Source: Ignavibacteriota bacterium (GTDB taxonomy: Bacteria; Bacteroidota; Ignavibacteria; Palsa-1295). Taken from it: a stretch of DNA of 64,000 nt. The position numbers were made by a program, and so were the translations under genes. The notes under the pieces are model-generated. The model saw only the letters and a program-made list of their open reading frames with translations, searched no databases and was not told the DNA's origin. This document shows, in pieces, positions 55,519-64,000 of this stretch; positions within the stretch are counted from its first letter, which is position 1, and every line of letters starts with the position of its first letter. Where the stretch lies: contig CAWBEI010000002.1 in the NCBI GenBank assembly GCA_963787835.1, positions 1,536,001 to 1,600,000 on the forward strand, read 5' to 3'.

Positions 55519-57234
55519 TTACGCAGCTTCCGCCATCTCCTCGATGCCAAGCTCGTGGGCAGCGTAGTCCATAAGGTGGCTCATTGTAGCGGGATCGAAC
55601 GGTGACATAAGCCCGGCGCTCTTGAAAATATTGAGAATACCTTCCGTGCCACCGAGTTCGCAAAGTTTGAGGTACGTATCGAGCGCTTTCTCGTGATCTT
55701 CAGCGTCCATCATACCAAGCTGCATCGCTGCGGTCTGTGCGATAGCGTAGTCAATATAATAGAACGGAGTCTGGAAAATATGGCTCTGGGGATACCAGCG
55801 CGCATATTTGTATTCTTCCATCCCCGAAAAATCGATCCCCTTGATATAGGTATCCCAGATGCTGTTCCACGCCTGGTCGCGATGCTCTGGTGTGGCGTTC
55901 GGATATTCGTACACTCGATGCTGGAATTCATCGACGACGGCGATGTAGCACATAAGCATGACAACATCCGCAAGATGGTGACGGCGGAACTTCAGCGCAT
56001 CATCCGGTTTAAAGAACCATGAAAGATGTGGCATGCTCAGGAATTCCATTCCCATCGAATGAATTTCCGCGCCATCGCTTGTTGGCCATTGAAGATCGAC
56101 GGATTCGATCTTCTGGCTTTCCCACGCCTGGAATGCGTGTCCCATTTCATGTACGAGTGTGCCAACATCCCCCTCATCGCCGGTGGAATTGCAGAAGATC
56201 GCTACGCGCCCTTCGTCAGGCATCGAGGTGCAAAACGCTCCCGGCTGTTTGCCCTTTCGGTTCTCAAGATCGATCAGTCCTTCTTTGCGCATTCGGCTAA
56301 AATGTGCGCCCAAACGCGGGGAGATCTCATCGAACAAATGCTGCGCATTCTCAAGCTGTGTATCAACGGGAGCAATGCCCGTTGGAAGTGAAAACTGAGG
56401 GTGATAGCCTGCATCCCATGGTTTGAGCGTCGGAGTTCCAAGGGCGGCAGCTTGCTCGCGGTAAAGCCGCTCGAGCAGTGGGGTAGCATACTTGCGGATG
56501 GAGTCGCGAAACGCCTTTGCCTGCTCCGGGCCGTAATCCGTTCGCCGCATGCACAGATATCCAAGCGGAATAAAATTATCGTGGCCGAGATTTCTTCCCA
56601 TTTGGTCGCGAAGCTTGACCATTTTGTCGAATATCTCAGCGAACTCATCGTGATGTTCCAGGAACCATCCGCGATATTTCATCCATGCTTCCTTACGGAT
56701 CTCAGGATCTTCATCACTTTGTAAGCCACGCGCGCGGGAAAGCGTCATCGTTTTACCCTGGATAGTTACTTCGCCGGAACTTGCAAGCTTTTGATATTGA
56801 TCGGCGAGATCGTCCGTTTGAACTCTCAGCTTGGAATTGATCGGCGCAAGCGGCTCGACCGCTGTCATCAGCGCCTCGATAAGATAGGGTCCATAATGAT
56901 CGCCGATAGCAGCCTTGTGCTTGCTCCTTAAGAACGCTTCGAGCATCGTGGCGCTGCCTTGTTCCATGGCCGGGGTGACTTCCTCGCGAAAATATTTATC
57001 CGCAGCCGTTTTGGATTCATCGCCCATGTCTTGCGCGTGAGCATAATGGATACGGCTGCCTTCGCCCGAATAATATGCCGAAAGCGCATTCCAATCGGCA
57101 TACAATTGAAGCCACTCCTTCGATGAATTAGATGCTTCAGCGGAAGGAATTCTCGCAATAAGTTTAGCAAAGGTCTCTTCTGCAAATTCTTTGGTTAGTC
57201 TTTCAGGGCGATCCGAATAATACTTATACTGCAT
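55519..57234 (-). CDS. M3-family oligoendopeptidase (PepF-like)
   Basis: KPWD, RKGKQPGAFCT, HEMGH zinc motif, AEIHSMGME, DEFQH, HIFQTPFYYIDY. Confidence 0.93.
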   Translation of the reverse strand: MQYKYYSDRPERLTKEFAEETFAKLIARIPSAEASNSSKEWLQLYADWNALSAYYSGEGSRIHYAHAQDMGDESKTAADKYFREEVTPAMEQGSATMLEAFLRSKHKAAIGDHYGPYLIEALMTAVEPLAPINSKLRVQTDDLADQYQKLASSGEVTIQGKTMTLSRARGLQSDEDPEIRKEAWMKYRGWFLEHHDEFAEIFDKMVKLRDQMGRNLGHDNFIPLGYLCMRRTDYGPEQAKAFRDSIRKYATPLLERLYREQAAALGTPTLKPWDAGYHPQFSLPTGIAPVDTQLENAQHLFDEISPRLGAHFSRMRKEGLIDLENRKGKQPGAFCTSMPDEGRVAIFCNSTGDEGDVGTLVHEMGHAFQAWESQKIESVDLQWPTSDGAEIHSMGMEFLSMPHLSWFFKPDDALKFRRHHLADVVMLMCYIAVVDEFQHRVYEYPNATPEHRDQAWNSIWDTYIKGIDFSGMEEYKYARWYPQSHIFQTPFYYIDYAIAQTAAMQLGMMDAEDHEKALDTYLKLCELGGTEGILNIFKSAGLMSPFDPATMSHLMDYAAHELGIEEMAEAA

Positions 57235-57423
57235 GAACGAGGATTATATTGTTCTCTATGAAAATACTTGCGTTACTATTTGTTAATAACGCCCAAAAGA
57301 CCTGAAAAAGTTGAGAGTTTCCCGAACGCGCGCAACAATCAGTGCACAATGTGGGTTATGAATGTATTAATTGGAAGACAATTGCGGCAATTCCTCCGGC
57401 TTAGGGTCACACTTTTTTCTTGC

Positions 57424-59856
57424 ATGCGCTCTTTTTTTCTTGCACTCTTTCTAACCGTGCAGACCGGCATTGCGTTAGCGCAATTTTCGGGTACACCTCC
57501 TCCAGAGCGGCATTATACGATTCTCGGCATCTCGATCACCGGTAACCGTACCGGCGATGCCCAAACGATCATCAGCCAAAGCGGGCTTTATAAAGGCGAG
57601 CAGATCACGTTGCCCAGCGATGCCGTCCGTGCGGCTATCCAACAGTTATGGGAAATGCGGATCTTTTCGAAGGTTGATGTCGTCGTTGATAAACAGGTGA
57701 TCCAGTCCGACAGCTCTACCGGGTTATTTCTCAGCCTTCATGTGGAGGAACTTCCCCACATGAATAAGTACACCATCGAAGGCAATAAAGAAATAAAGAC
57801 CGCCGATATCGATAAAGCTTTTTCGCTCCGCGAAGGCGATTATGTACGTCCGTGGGACATCGATGCCGGGAAAACCAGGGTGCGTGCGCTCTATGAGAAG
57901 GACGGATATCACTTTGCAACCATCAATATTCAACAGACTCCCTCAAAAGATTCTGTGACGGGAAAGCGCGACTCTTCGAAGGTCGATCTTACGATCACGA
58001 TCAACGAGGGCAAAGAGATGATCGTCCGGCATGTTGATTTCGAGGGGAACCAACGCGTTTCTTCCGGTGACTTGCGTGGCGCGATGGATGATACCAAGGA
58101 AAAGGTCTGGTGGAATATTTTTTCCAGCGGTGATTTCGATCAGCAAAAATACGAGGCCGATAAGAAGAAAGTCCTGGACTACTATCACTCGAAAGGCTAT
58201 CGCGATGCGCAGATCCTGAGCGATTCTGTTTGGACGACCGGCGAGAATAACCTCAATATTCTTATTCAAGTCTATGAAGGGCCGCAATATTATGTGAGAA
58301 ATATCGCGGTGGTTGGCGCGGAAGTGTTCACGCCGGATGAGATCCGCGAACATCTCGGATTCCACAAGGGGGATGTGTACGATATGGTGCGCCTGGATCT
58401 GAACCTCCGTGGCCCGACACAGGATTTCACCGATGTCAGCTCGCTCTATTACGATCGTGGATATTTATCCAATATTAACAAGGAGGAAACCGTTGTCCCC
58501 GGTGACTCGATCGATATTCTTATTCGGGTACAAGAAGGCAAAGAGCATTACTGGCGCTATGTCGATATCAAGAATAATACCAAGACGAAGGATTATGTGA
58601 TACGCCGTGAACTTTTCACGCGCCCCGGAGATGCCTTTAGCCGCTCGGCGGTTATTCGATCCATGCGGCAGCTTGCGGCGCTGAATTACTTCAATCAGGA
58701 AAAACTCCAGCCGGAAGTAAATCCTGTGCCGGATGTGAGCGATGTCGATATTACCTATAATGTAGAGGAGAAATCCAGCGACACGTTCAATGCCTCCATC
58801 GGTTATGGCGGTACGCTTGGGTTTACGGGTTCGGTTGGTGTTTCCTTTAACAATTTTGACATCACCGATCCCTTACATGGCGGTGGTGGAGAAGTGGTAT
58901 CTGTTTCCGCGCAGATCGGGCAGTCGGACTATCGATCCATTTCTTTGAATTTCAGCGAGCCGTGGCTGAACCAACAGCCAACGTCGCTCGGGTTCCAGGT
59001 CTATGCGTCCAGTTCGGCTTATATCTACACCTCCGAGCAAGAAGGCGCATCGCTTTCGATCGGGCGCCGTTTCAAATGGCCGGATGACTTTTTCCGTGCC
59101 GATTGGACCATTTCCGCTTTGCGTTCGGACATTACCAGCGGCGGCGGCATCTACTCGACTGGTATTCACGACGAGACGGCGGTCCAGCAAGTTATTTCAC
59201 GTACCTCGACCGACGACCCCATCTTCCCGGGTGTTGGCTCCGAGTTTGCCTACCTGCTGCGTTTTGCATATCTTCCGATCGCTTCAATCCCGCCGAACCA
59301 GCCGGCAAACTATTATCGTAATGGTTTGACCATGAAGTTCTATACTCCGGTGCTCGATGCCGGAGGCCAGCACAAAGTGGTGCTCATGTCCTCAGCAGAC
59401 ATTGGCCAAATGGGAGGTCTCGGCGCGAACCCGTTCGTGCCGCCGACGGAGCTTTACGTGATGGGTGGCAGCGGATTGGTTACCGGTGTTTATACTATCC
59501 CGCTGCGTGGCTATCCCGATGCGCGCGTTGGCGTGCAAAGCGGTGCAGCGACGAGCAGCGTCTATGCACCCGGAGGCGATGCATACGCGCATTACGTGGC
59601 AGAGATGCGGTTGCTCGTCAGCCGCGAGCCTATTCCGATCTATCTCCTCACGTTTGCGGAGGCCGGTAATGTATGGGCCGATTTTTCCCATGCCGATCTT
59701 TTCGATCTTAAACGCTCGCTCGGTGTCGGCGCGCGCGTGCAGGTTCCCGCCGTCGGGATGATCGGGATCGACTTTGGCTATGGCTTCGATCCCATCGGGG
59801 TCTTCGGCAGCCCCAGCGGCTGGCAAACCCATTTCCAGTTCGGCAAGGGATTTTAG
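57424..59856 (+). CDS. bamA: outer membrane protein assembly factor BamA
   Basis: POTRA repeats (I.GN, GY...A.I), KTKDYVIRREL, FSEPWL, LRGY, C-terminal HFQFG. ORF is open from 57268. Confidence 0.95.
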   Translation: MRSFFLALFLTVQTGIALAQFSGTPPPERHYTILGISITGNRTGDAQTIISQSGLYKGEQITLPSDAVRAAIQQLWEMRIFSKVDVVVDKQVIQSDSSTGLFLSLHVEELPHMNKYTIEGNKEIKTADIDKAFSLREGDYVRPWDIDAGKTRVRALYEKDGYHFATINIQQTPSKDSVTGKRDSSKVDLTITINEGKEMIVRHVDFEGNQRVSSGDLRGAMDDTKEKVWWNIFSSGDFDQQKYEADKKKVLDYYHSKGYRDAQILSDSVWTTGENNLNILIQVYEGPQYYVRNIAVVGAEVFTPDEIREHLGFHKGDVYDMVRLDLNLRGPTQDFTDVSSLYYDRGYLSNINKEETVVPGDSIDILIRVQEGKEHYWRYVDIKNNTKTKDYVIRRELFTRPGDAFSRSAVIRSMRQLAALNYFNQEKLQPEVNPVPDVSDVDITYNVEEKSSDTFNASIGYGGTLGFTGSVGVSFNNFDITDPLHGGGGEVVSVSAQIGQSDYRSISLNFSEPWLNQQPTSLGFQVYASSSAYIYTSEQEGASLSIGRRFKWPDDFFRADWTISALRSDITSGGGIYSTGIHDETAVQQVISRTSTDDPIFPGVGSEFAYLLRFAYLPIASIPPNQPANYYRNGLTMKFYTPVLDAGGQHKVVLMSSADIGQMGGLGANPFVPPTELYVMGGSGLVTGVYTIPLRGYPDARVGVQSGAATSSVYAPGGDAYAHYVAEMRLLVSREPIPIYLLTFAEAGNVWADFSHADLFDLKRSLGVGARVQVPAVGMIGIDFGYGFDPIGVFGSPSGWQTHFQFGKGF

Positions 59857-59939
59857 GGATTTGAGACCGAGTCACTATATCAAGCCTCGTTGACGAAATT
59901 TTCGTCAGCGAGATCATCAAACTTTGATGGGTGATGTTT

Positions 59940-60395
59940 CTACGTTTTCCATTCAGTCGTCTTTGTTGGCAGTTCGGAATTATCTGCTTCTGGGATTTTC
60001 ATATTCTGCCGCATTCTAAATCCGAGGGTAAACCACAAATAGGCAGCGGCAATTTGTTCGAAGATTTTAAAAGTGATTTGAAACCAAGCAGACCTTCCCT
60101 GGAGAAGAGAGCCAATAAGAAACCAACAGTAAAAAATTACGATGAACAGAACTAATCCCGAGTTATGCTCGCGAAAATAGAGGGGATCAATCTTGTAAAG
60201 TTTTCACATATTTTTTATTACATCCCGTAGGATTATGATTAAGACTAATTCCATTATCAAAATTGAAACGGAAGTTGAGATCTTAATTTGCAAGAAAAAA
60301 TTGTTCGAAACTAAAAAGAAAAGGATGTACACACCAAGCCATAGAATCACTCTATTCTTTTTGACGAATGGCACGAAACCTTCACTGAATCTCAT
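59940..60395 (-). pseudogene. AT-rich membrane-protein gene with an in-frame TGA
   Basis: ORF 60395-60204 continues in frame after TGA (KLYKIDPLYFREHNSGLVLFIVIFYCWFLIG...WKT*) to TAG at 59942-59940, giving about four hydrophobic segments. Confidence 0.5.
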
Positions 60396-60404
60396 ATTGC
60401 AGAA

Positions 60405-60434
60405 ATTGGCTGAAAATATAAATTCTCAGCCAAT
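60405..60434 (-). terminator. probable terminator downstream of the Gly-rich gene
   Basis: Minus strand AUUGGCUGAGAAU-UUAU-AUUUUCAGCCAAU followed by UUCU. Confidence 0.5.
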
Positions 60435-60590
60435 GAACAGTTCTGTTCTTTAAAATATTACGGACGTGCCACAACAGGAAGCGAGGAATATGCTTCTGCT
60501 TTTTTCTTCTGCACTTCGAGTTCCGGTGGGAGGATGTCTTCGGGAGCGATCATGACCCGAGCAACGAATGTATGGTTGGCTGCGTCGGCA

Positions 60591-61850
60591 TCAATGAATC
60601 ACCAAATAATTGTATTGCACATTGGATGTTGCCGTGCCGTTGCAGTTCACCCATATCTGGAAGTAGTAGGTACCGCTTTGTGCATAGTATCCGGTGATGT
60701 GGCCGCCTTGTTGTGCTGCGGCATTTGCTGGAGTAAGAATGACGGTGGGTGCGGATGCGTAGTCATTAGCGAAGTCGATTTGCACCCATCCCTCGCCAGC
60801 TGCGGCCGTTGTGGAAAACGTAATGGTTCCAGCAACATCCGAGCCGGATACCGTTGGCTGTGGGCTCGACACAATAGGGCCGGCAAAGCCAGCCATATAG
60901 AGGCCCGCACCGCTAGAGGTAAGGACGTGCCCATTGTGATCGACGGTAAATTGACCTCCGGAACCGATTTGTGCTGAGCCCGTAGCAGTCACATCGCCCG
61001 ATTGATCGACCATAAAGGGCCATGTGGGACCAAAACCCGGCCCGATCCCAACAAGACCTGCGTTCGTGATCTTCATCCTATATGCATAGGACGCGCGGAC
61101 ATTTGGGGTTGTTAAAAAATCGATGCCTCCGCCGCTGCCGCCCGCGCCTGAAGCACCACCGTTAAGAACGATATCCCCTCCGACCCCGGTTGACGTAACG
61201 TCTCCGGATCCTCCTTGAAATTCCACATTACCTCCAGGCTGGGTTCCCACGCCAGGCCCGCCATCGACAATTGCAAATCCACCTTGCCCGTTTGGAGCGC
61301 CTCCCGTTCCACCGACAACATAAGCCCAACCCCCAATAACCCCAGGACCGGAGTTACCACCTTGCAGGTAAGCATTGCCCCCGATGTTATTTGTAGAGTT
61401 GCCCCCAGTAAGCGAGGCTGATCCGCCAGCATTTCCAGCACCCCCGCCATTCCCCGCAGTGAGAGCAAGTGCTGTTCCTACGCCCGCCCCAAAGGAAGGA
61501 GATGTAATAGTACCACTCGTTACAGAGAGCGAGTTAGCCGTTATTGCACCTGCACCGGTCGCTAACACATTCGTGTTTTCCAGCCATGCGTTTGTCCCGT
61601 TTGAGTAAAGGGTCGAGTTGGCCTTGGTGGGTGTCGGGAGTGAGAGTTCAATACCGCCCGGTACTGTGAGCGGTAGGATATAGGTGTAGGGTCCGCCGGT
61701 CAACCCCGAGGGCACTTTAACATTAACGATGTGTCCCGAGCCGTCGTCGAGCGCCAGAATTTCTGCGGCGATTCCTCGCTGCGCCCATGATTTCATGGAT
61801 GAAATGGATAGAATTCCTAAAACGGTGAAAAGAACGGCAATGCGTCTCAT
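60591..61850 (-). CDS. secreted glycine-rich fibre/adhesin-like protein
   Basis: Signal peptide ending SWAQ, repeated GG-x-hydrophobic-x-hydrophobic-x-GG units, C-terminal IDFANDYASAPTVILTPAN beta-sandwich; AGGAG RBS. Confidence 0.7.
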   Translation of the reverse strand: MRRIAVLFTVLGILSISSMKSWAQRGIAAEILALDDGSGHIVNVKVPSGLTGGPYTYILPLTVPGGIELSLPTPTKANSTLYSNGTNAWLENTNVLATGAGAITANSLSVTSGTITSPSFGAGVGTALALTAGNGGGAGNAGGSASLTGGNSTNNIGGNAYLQGGNSGPGVIGGWAYVVGGTGGAPNGQGGFAIVDGGPGVGTQPGGNVEFQGGSGDVTSTGVGGDIVLNGGASGAGGSGGGIDFLTTPNVRASYAYRMKITNAGLVGIGPGFGPTWPFMVDQSGDVTATGSAQIGSGGQFTVDHNGHVLTSSGAGLYMAGFAGPIVSSPQPTVSGSDVAGTITFSTTAAAGEGWVQIDFANDYASAPTVILTPANAAAQQGGHITGYYAQSGTYYFQIWVNCNGTATSNVQYNYLVIH

Positions 61851-62098
61851 GAAAACTGTCTCCTAAAAAATGAAAAAAGAAAATGTGTCAGATGTTAAGT
61901 GATCGAACTGGTTAGCAAACGCCAGGCAATGATTCAATACGCGATGTCAAGAATAGTTTTACTGATCATGGGGCCTCCGCCGCATCACATTATTCTTCAA
62001 TAATGATAATGTGACGGAGGTATCCCATGACCACTTCTTACCCGTATGAATGAATACGAATCACAGACTACAAACTTAAGCGATGTTGTTAAAAAACC

Positions 62099-62123
62099 TA
62101 CTACAGTAATACTACGGTAGTAC
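62099..62123. promoter_or_regulatory. 11-bp-period direct repeat, candidate LuxR-type operator
   Basis: TACTACAGTAA-TACTACGGTAG-TAC between the TPR-LuxR gene and the Gly-rich gene. Confidence 0.5.
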
Positions 62124-62136
62124 GGGGGCTCGCCCG

Positions 62137-63927
62137 TTACCCTTGTAAGATAAACACTCCCAAATTCACATCTTTTTTGAGTCTTAATTTCTTACGGATC
62201 TGCAACCGGTATGCTTCGATGGAGCGAAGAGACACACACAGCAAGTTTGCCATATCTTTGGAACCCAATCCGAGCTTGATAAGCGCGCACACCTTTAGCT
62301 CGGTAGGACTGAGCTGCGGAAATCGTTTGGCAAGATTTGCAATGACTTCCGGACTCAGAGTTTCAAGCTGCTTTTCAAATTGTTTCCATTCTTGCTCTGA
62401 CTGAGACTGCTGTTTTAGGCGCCGGGCAAGTTCATCGAGCGATTGTTTGTGTGTTTTCGCTACTTTCTTGGCAGTCTCGCCAATCTCTTTTCCTATGGAA
62501 TTAAGGAAATTAGAGTGTTGCACGATGGACATTGCCATGGTTGCCAGATGCTTTGTCTTCAGATCGAGTTCGCGCTCAATGCGTTCGTTTTCGATCTTGA
62601 GCATGGCCTCGCGCTGTTCGGCTTGTTCGCGTTCGAGTTCCAGCTTGATATGTTGGAGCCGTCGGTCTGCTTCCTGCCGGAGCAGTTCCTCATTTAATTG
62701 ATGATACTTCTCGAAGTATTCAAGAGCCTTCGAGGGTTCATTTGCTTCACGATAAATTTTGGAAAGCAACTCATAAGCATTCCGTATCACGGGTTTGGCG
62801 CCCATTGTTTGTGCGGTGGAAATCGCTTGATTGATCGACCGGATGGCGGAGGGTACATCGCTCATTCGCGACTGGATATGGCCAAGTGTTAGCATTGCGT
62901 CGGCCATTCCATCTCGTTCGTTGATCTGCTTCATCAGGGCAAGCGATGCCTGAACGGATTCGAGGGCCGCTTCGAGATGACCCTCCTGGAGTAGTACTTC
63001 GGCCAGAACTCCAAGCCCTCCTGAGTAGCCGTAGAGATCCTCCAGACCCCTTGAAATCACGAGACCTTTTTCCAGCCAAGCTCGCGCATCCTTAAGTTCG
63101 CCAAGCCGCATATGCATCGTTCCAAGGTTGAGGAAACACCACCCATACTCGGTCTTTAATCGACCGAGACGTTCATAGATTGCAAGACTCTTTTCATAAT
63201 ACTCAATGGCCTTTCGGTAATCCGGTAAGAGAGCATACACATTCCCGATATTGAGCAGCATCGTCGCGATCCCGACCTCATCACCCAAATGCTCCTTGAT
63301 GAGAAGCGCATGAAAAAGCGACTGAAGCGCCTGGTCGAAGTTTCCCTGCTCATTTTGGATCATGCTCATGCCCACCAGTGCATTCGATTCCGACTGCGGA
63401 TCGCCAACGTCCCCAGCGAGACGGAGCGCACTGGAGAAATGTTCCAATGCTTCCTGATAGTGACCTGTGCGTTTATAGATCCCAGCGATACTGGTCAAGC
63501 TTTGAAGTGCATTCCCATAATCATCAGACTCCTCTGACAAGTATTTTGATCGCTGGAACAAGACGAGCGCTTTATCATACTCGCACACGGAGGCTTCGAC
63601 GGCTCCAAGGAACAGTATCGTGCGCACAACATTCCTCCGGTCATTCAGGCGTTCTAAGAGAGGCAGTGCTTCTTCAAAATGCGCTCTTGCTTGCTCGAAT
63701 TCGTTCCGACGAAAGCAATATAAACCTTTCGAGCGCAGTAAATAGGCAAACTCCTTTCGTCCTTCGCCACGCTTCATCAATGTTCGAGCAAGAGGGAGCG
63801 CTTCGTTTATCAGTTCACTTGCTCGCTTGTGATTATTCGAAACAAGTTGTAGCGACGACTCTGCGATGAGTTTCATTCGCTCCAGCGGACTGGCGGCTTC
63901 CTCTAATTGCTGCTCAAGATCTGGCAT
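62137..63927 (-). CDS. TPR-repeat transcriptional regulator with C-terminal LuxR-type HTH
   Basis: About eight TPRs (NIGNVY...KAIEYYEKSL), coiled coil, EWKQF, FPQLSPTELKVCALIKLGLGSKDMANLL...YRLQIRKKL; no signal peptide or TM segment. Confidence 0.9.
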   Translation of the reverse strand: MPDLEQQLEEAASPLERMKLIAESSLQLVSNNHKRASELINEALPLARTLMKRGEGRKEFAYLLRSKGLYCFRRNEFEQARAHFEEALPLLERLNDRRNVVRTILFLGAVEASVCEYDKALVLFQRSKYLSEESDDYGNALQSLTSIAGIYKRTGHYQEALEHFSSALRLAGDVGDPQSESNALVGMSMIQNEQGNFDQALQSLFHALLIKEHLGDEVGIATMLLNIGNVYALLPDYRKAIEYYEKSLAIYERLGRLKTEYGWCFLNLGTMHMRLGELKDARAWLEKGLVISRGLEDLYGYSGGLGVLAEVLLQEGHLEAALESVQASLALMKQINERDGMADAMLTLGHIQSRMSDVPSAIRSINQAISTAQTMGAKPVIRNAYELLSKIYREANEPSKALEYFEKYHQLNEELLRQEADRRLQHIKLELEREQAEQREAMLKIENERIERELDLKTKHLATMAMSIVQHSNFLNSIGKEIGETAKKVAKTHKQSLDELARRLKQQSQSEQEWKQFEKQLETLSPEVIANLAKRFPQLSPTELKVCALIKLGLGSKDMANLLCVSLRSIEAYRLQIRKKLRLKKDVNLGVFILQG

Positions 63928-64000
63928 GAAGGCAGAAATGGGAAGTGGAATCCTATGGTTCCCTCAATGATGTTACGGTCTCGCTACGACCGGCAGTGAG

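Noticed and set aside
39318-60206. Stop-codon reassignment suggested by three in-frame stops
   Set aside because: The stops differ (TGA, TAA, TGA), apparently replace different residues, and TGA and TAA terminate many conserved genes here (rarA, rsmA, nuoA, nuoD).
60369-60384. TGGCACG as a sigma54 -24 box
   Set aside because: No GC at the -12 position (CTTC instead of TTGC), and it lies inside an opposite-strand ORF.
63953-64000. Possible structured RNA at the window end
   Set aside because: Reads as an open minus-strand frame ending in TAG (LTAGRSETVTSLREP*), most simply the 3' end of a gene outside the window.

Overview
A 64 kb chromosomal window from a bacterium of the Bacteroidota/Chlorobiota/Ignavibacteriota (FCB) group, possibly Kapabacteria-like. 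This is inferred from five large secreted proteins with T9SS type-A C-terminal sorting domains, CGTATTTTTG/TATATT promoter boxes and a long-loop SAM-II riboswitch. Housekeeping genes (rarA, split metH, ogt, rsmA, tldD, nuoABCD, hppA, trxB, ispF, M3 oligoendopeptidase, bamA) are interspersed with three ECF sigma factors, a sigma54-type response regulator, outer-membrane transporters, two toxin-antitoxin pairs whose toxins carry premature stops, and at least five families of REP-like palindromic repeats, two copies of which are translated in frame inside proteins. The strongest candidate for something undescribed is a ~220-nt non-coding element present in two diverged copies (16447-16665 +, 26499-26713 -). 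The copies share six conserved blocks in the same order, stems that stay paired despite sequence change, a GNRA hairpin and terminal GCACCTAT direct repeats, and both lie the same distance downstream of a TATATT -10 box (copy B has TTGACA-N17-TATATT). Both lie next to T9SS cargo genes. Several +1 single-base frameshifts look like sequencing or assembly errors; correcting two of them reveals a putative dual-membrane-spanning anti-sigma factor. No rRNA, tRNA, CRISPR array, transposase or integrase was recognised. All calls are by eye; no searches were run.
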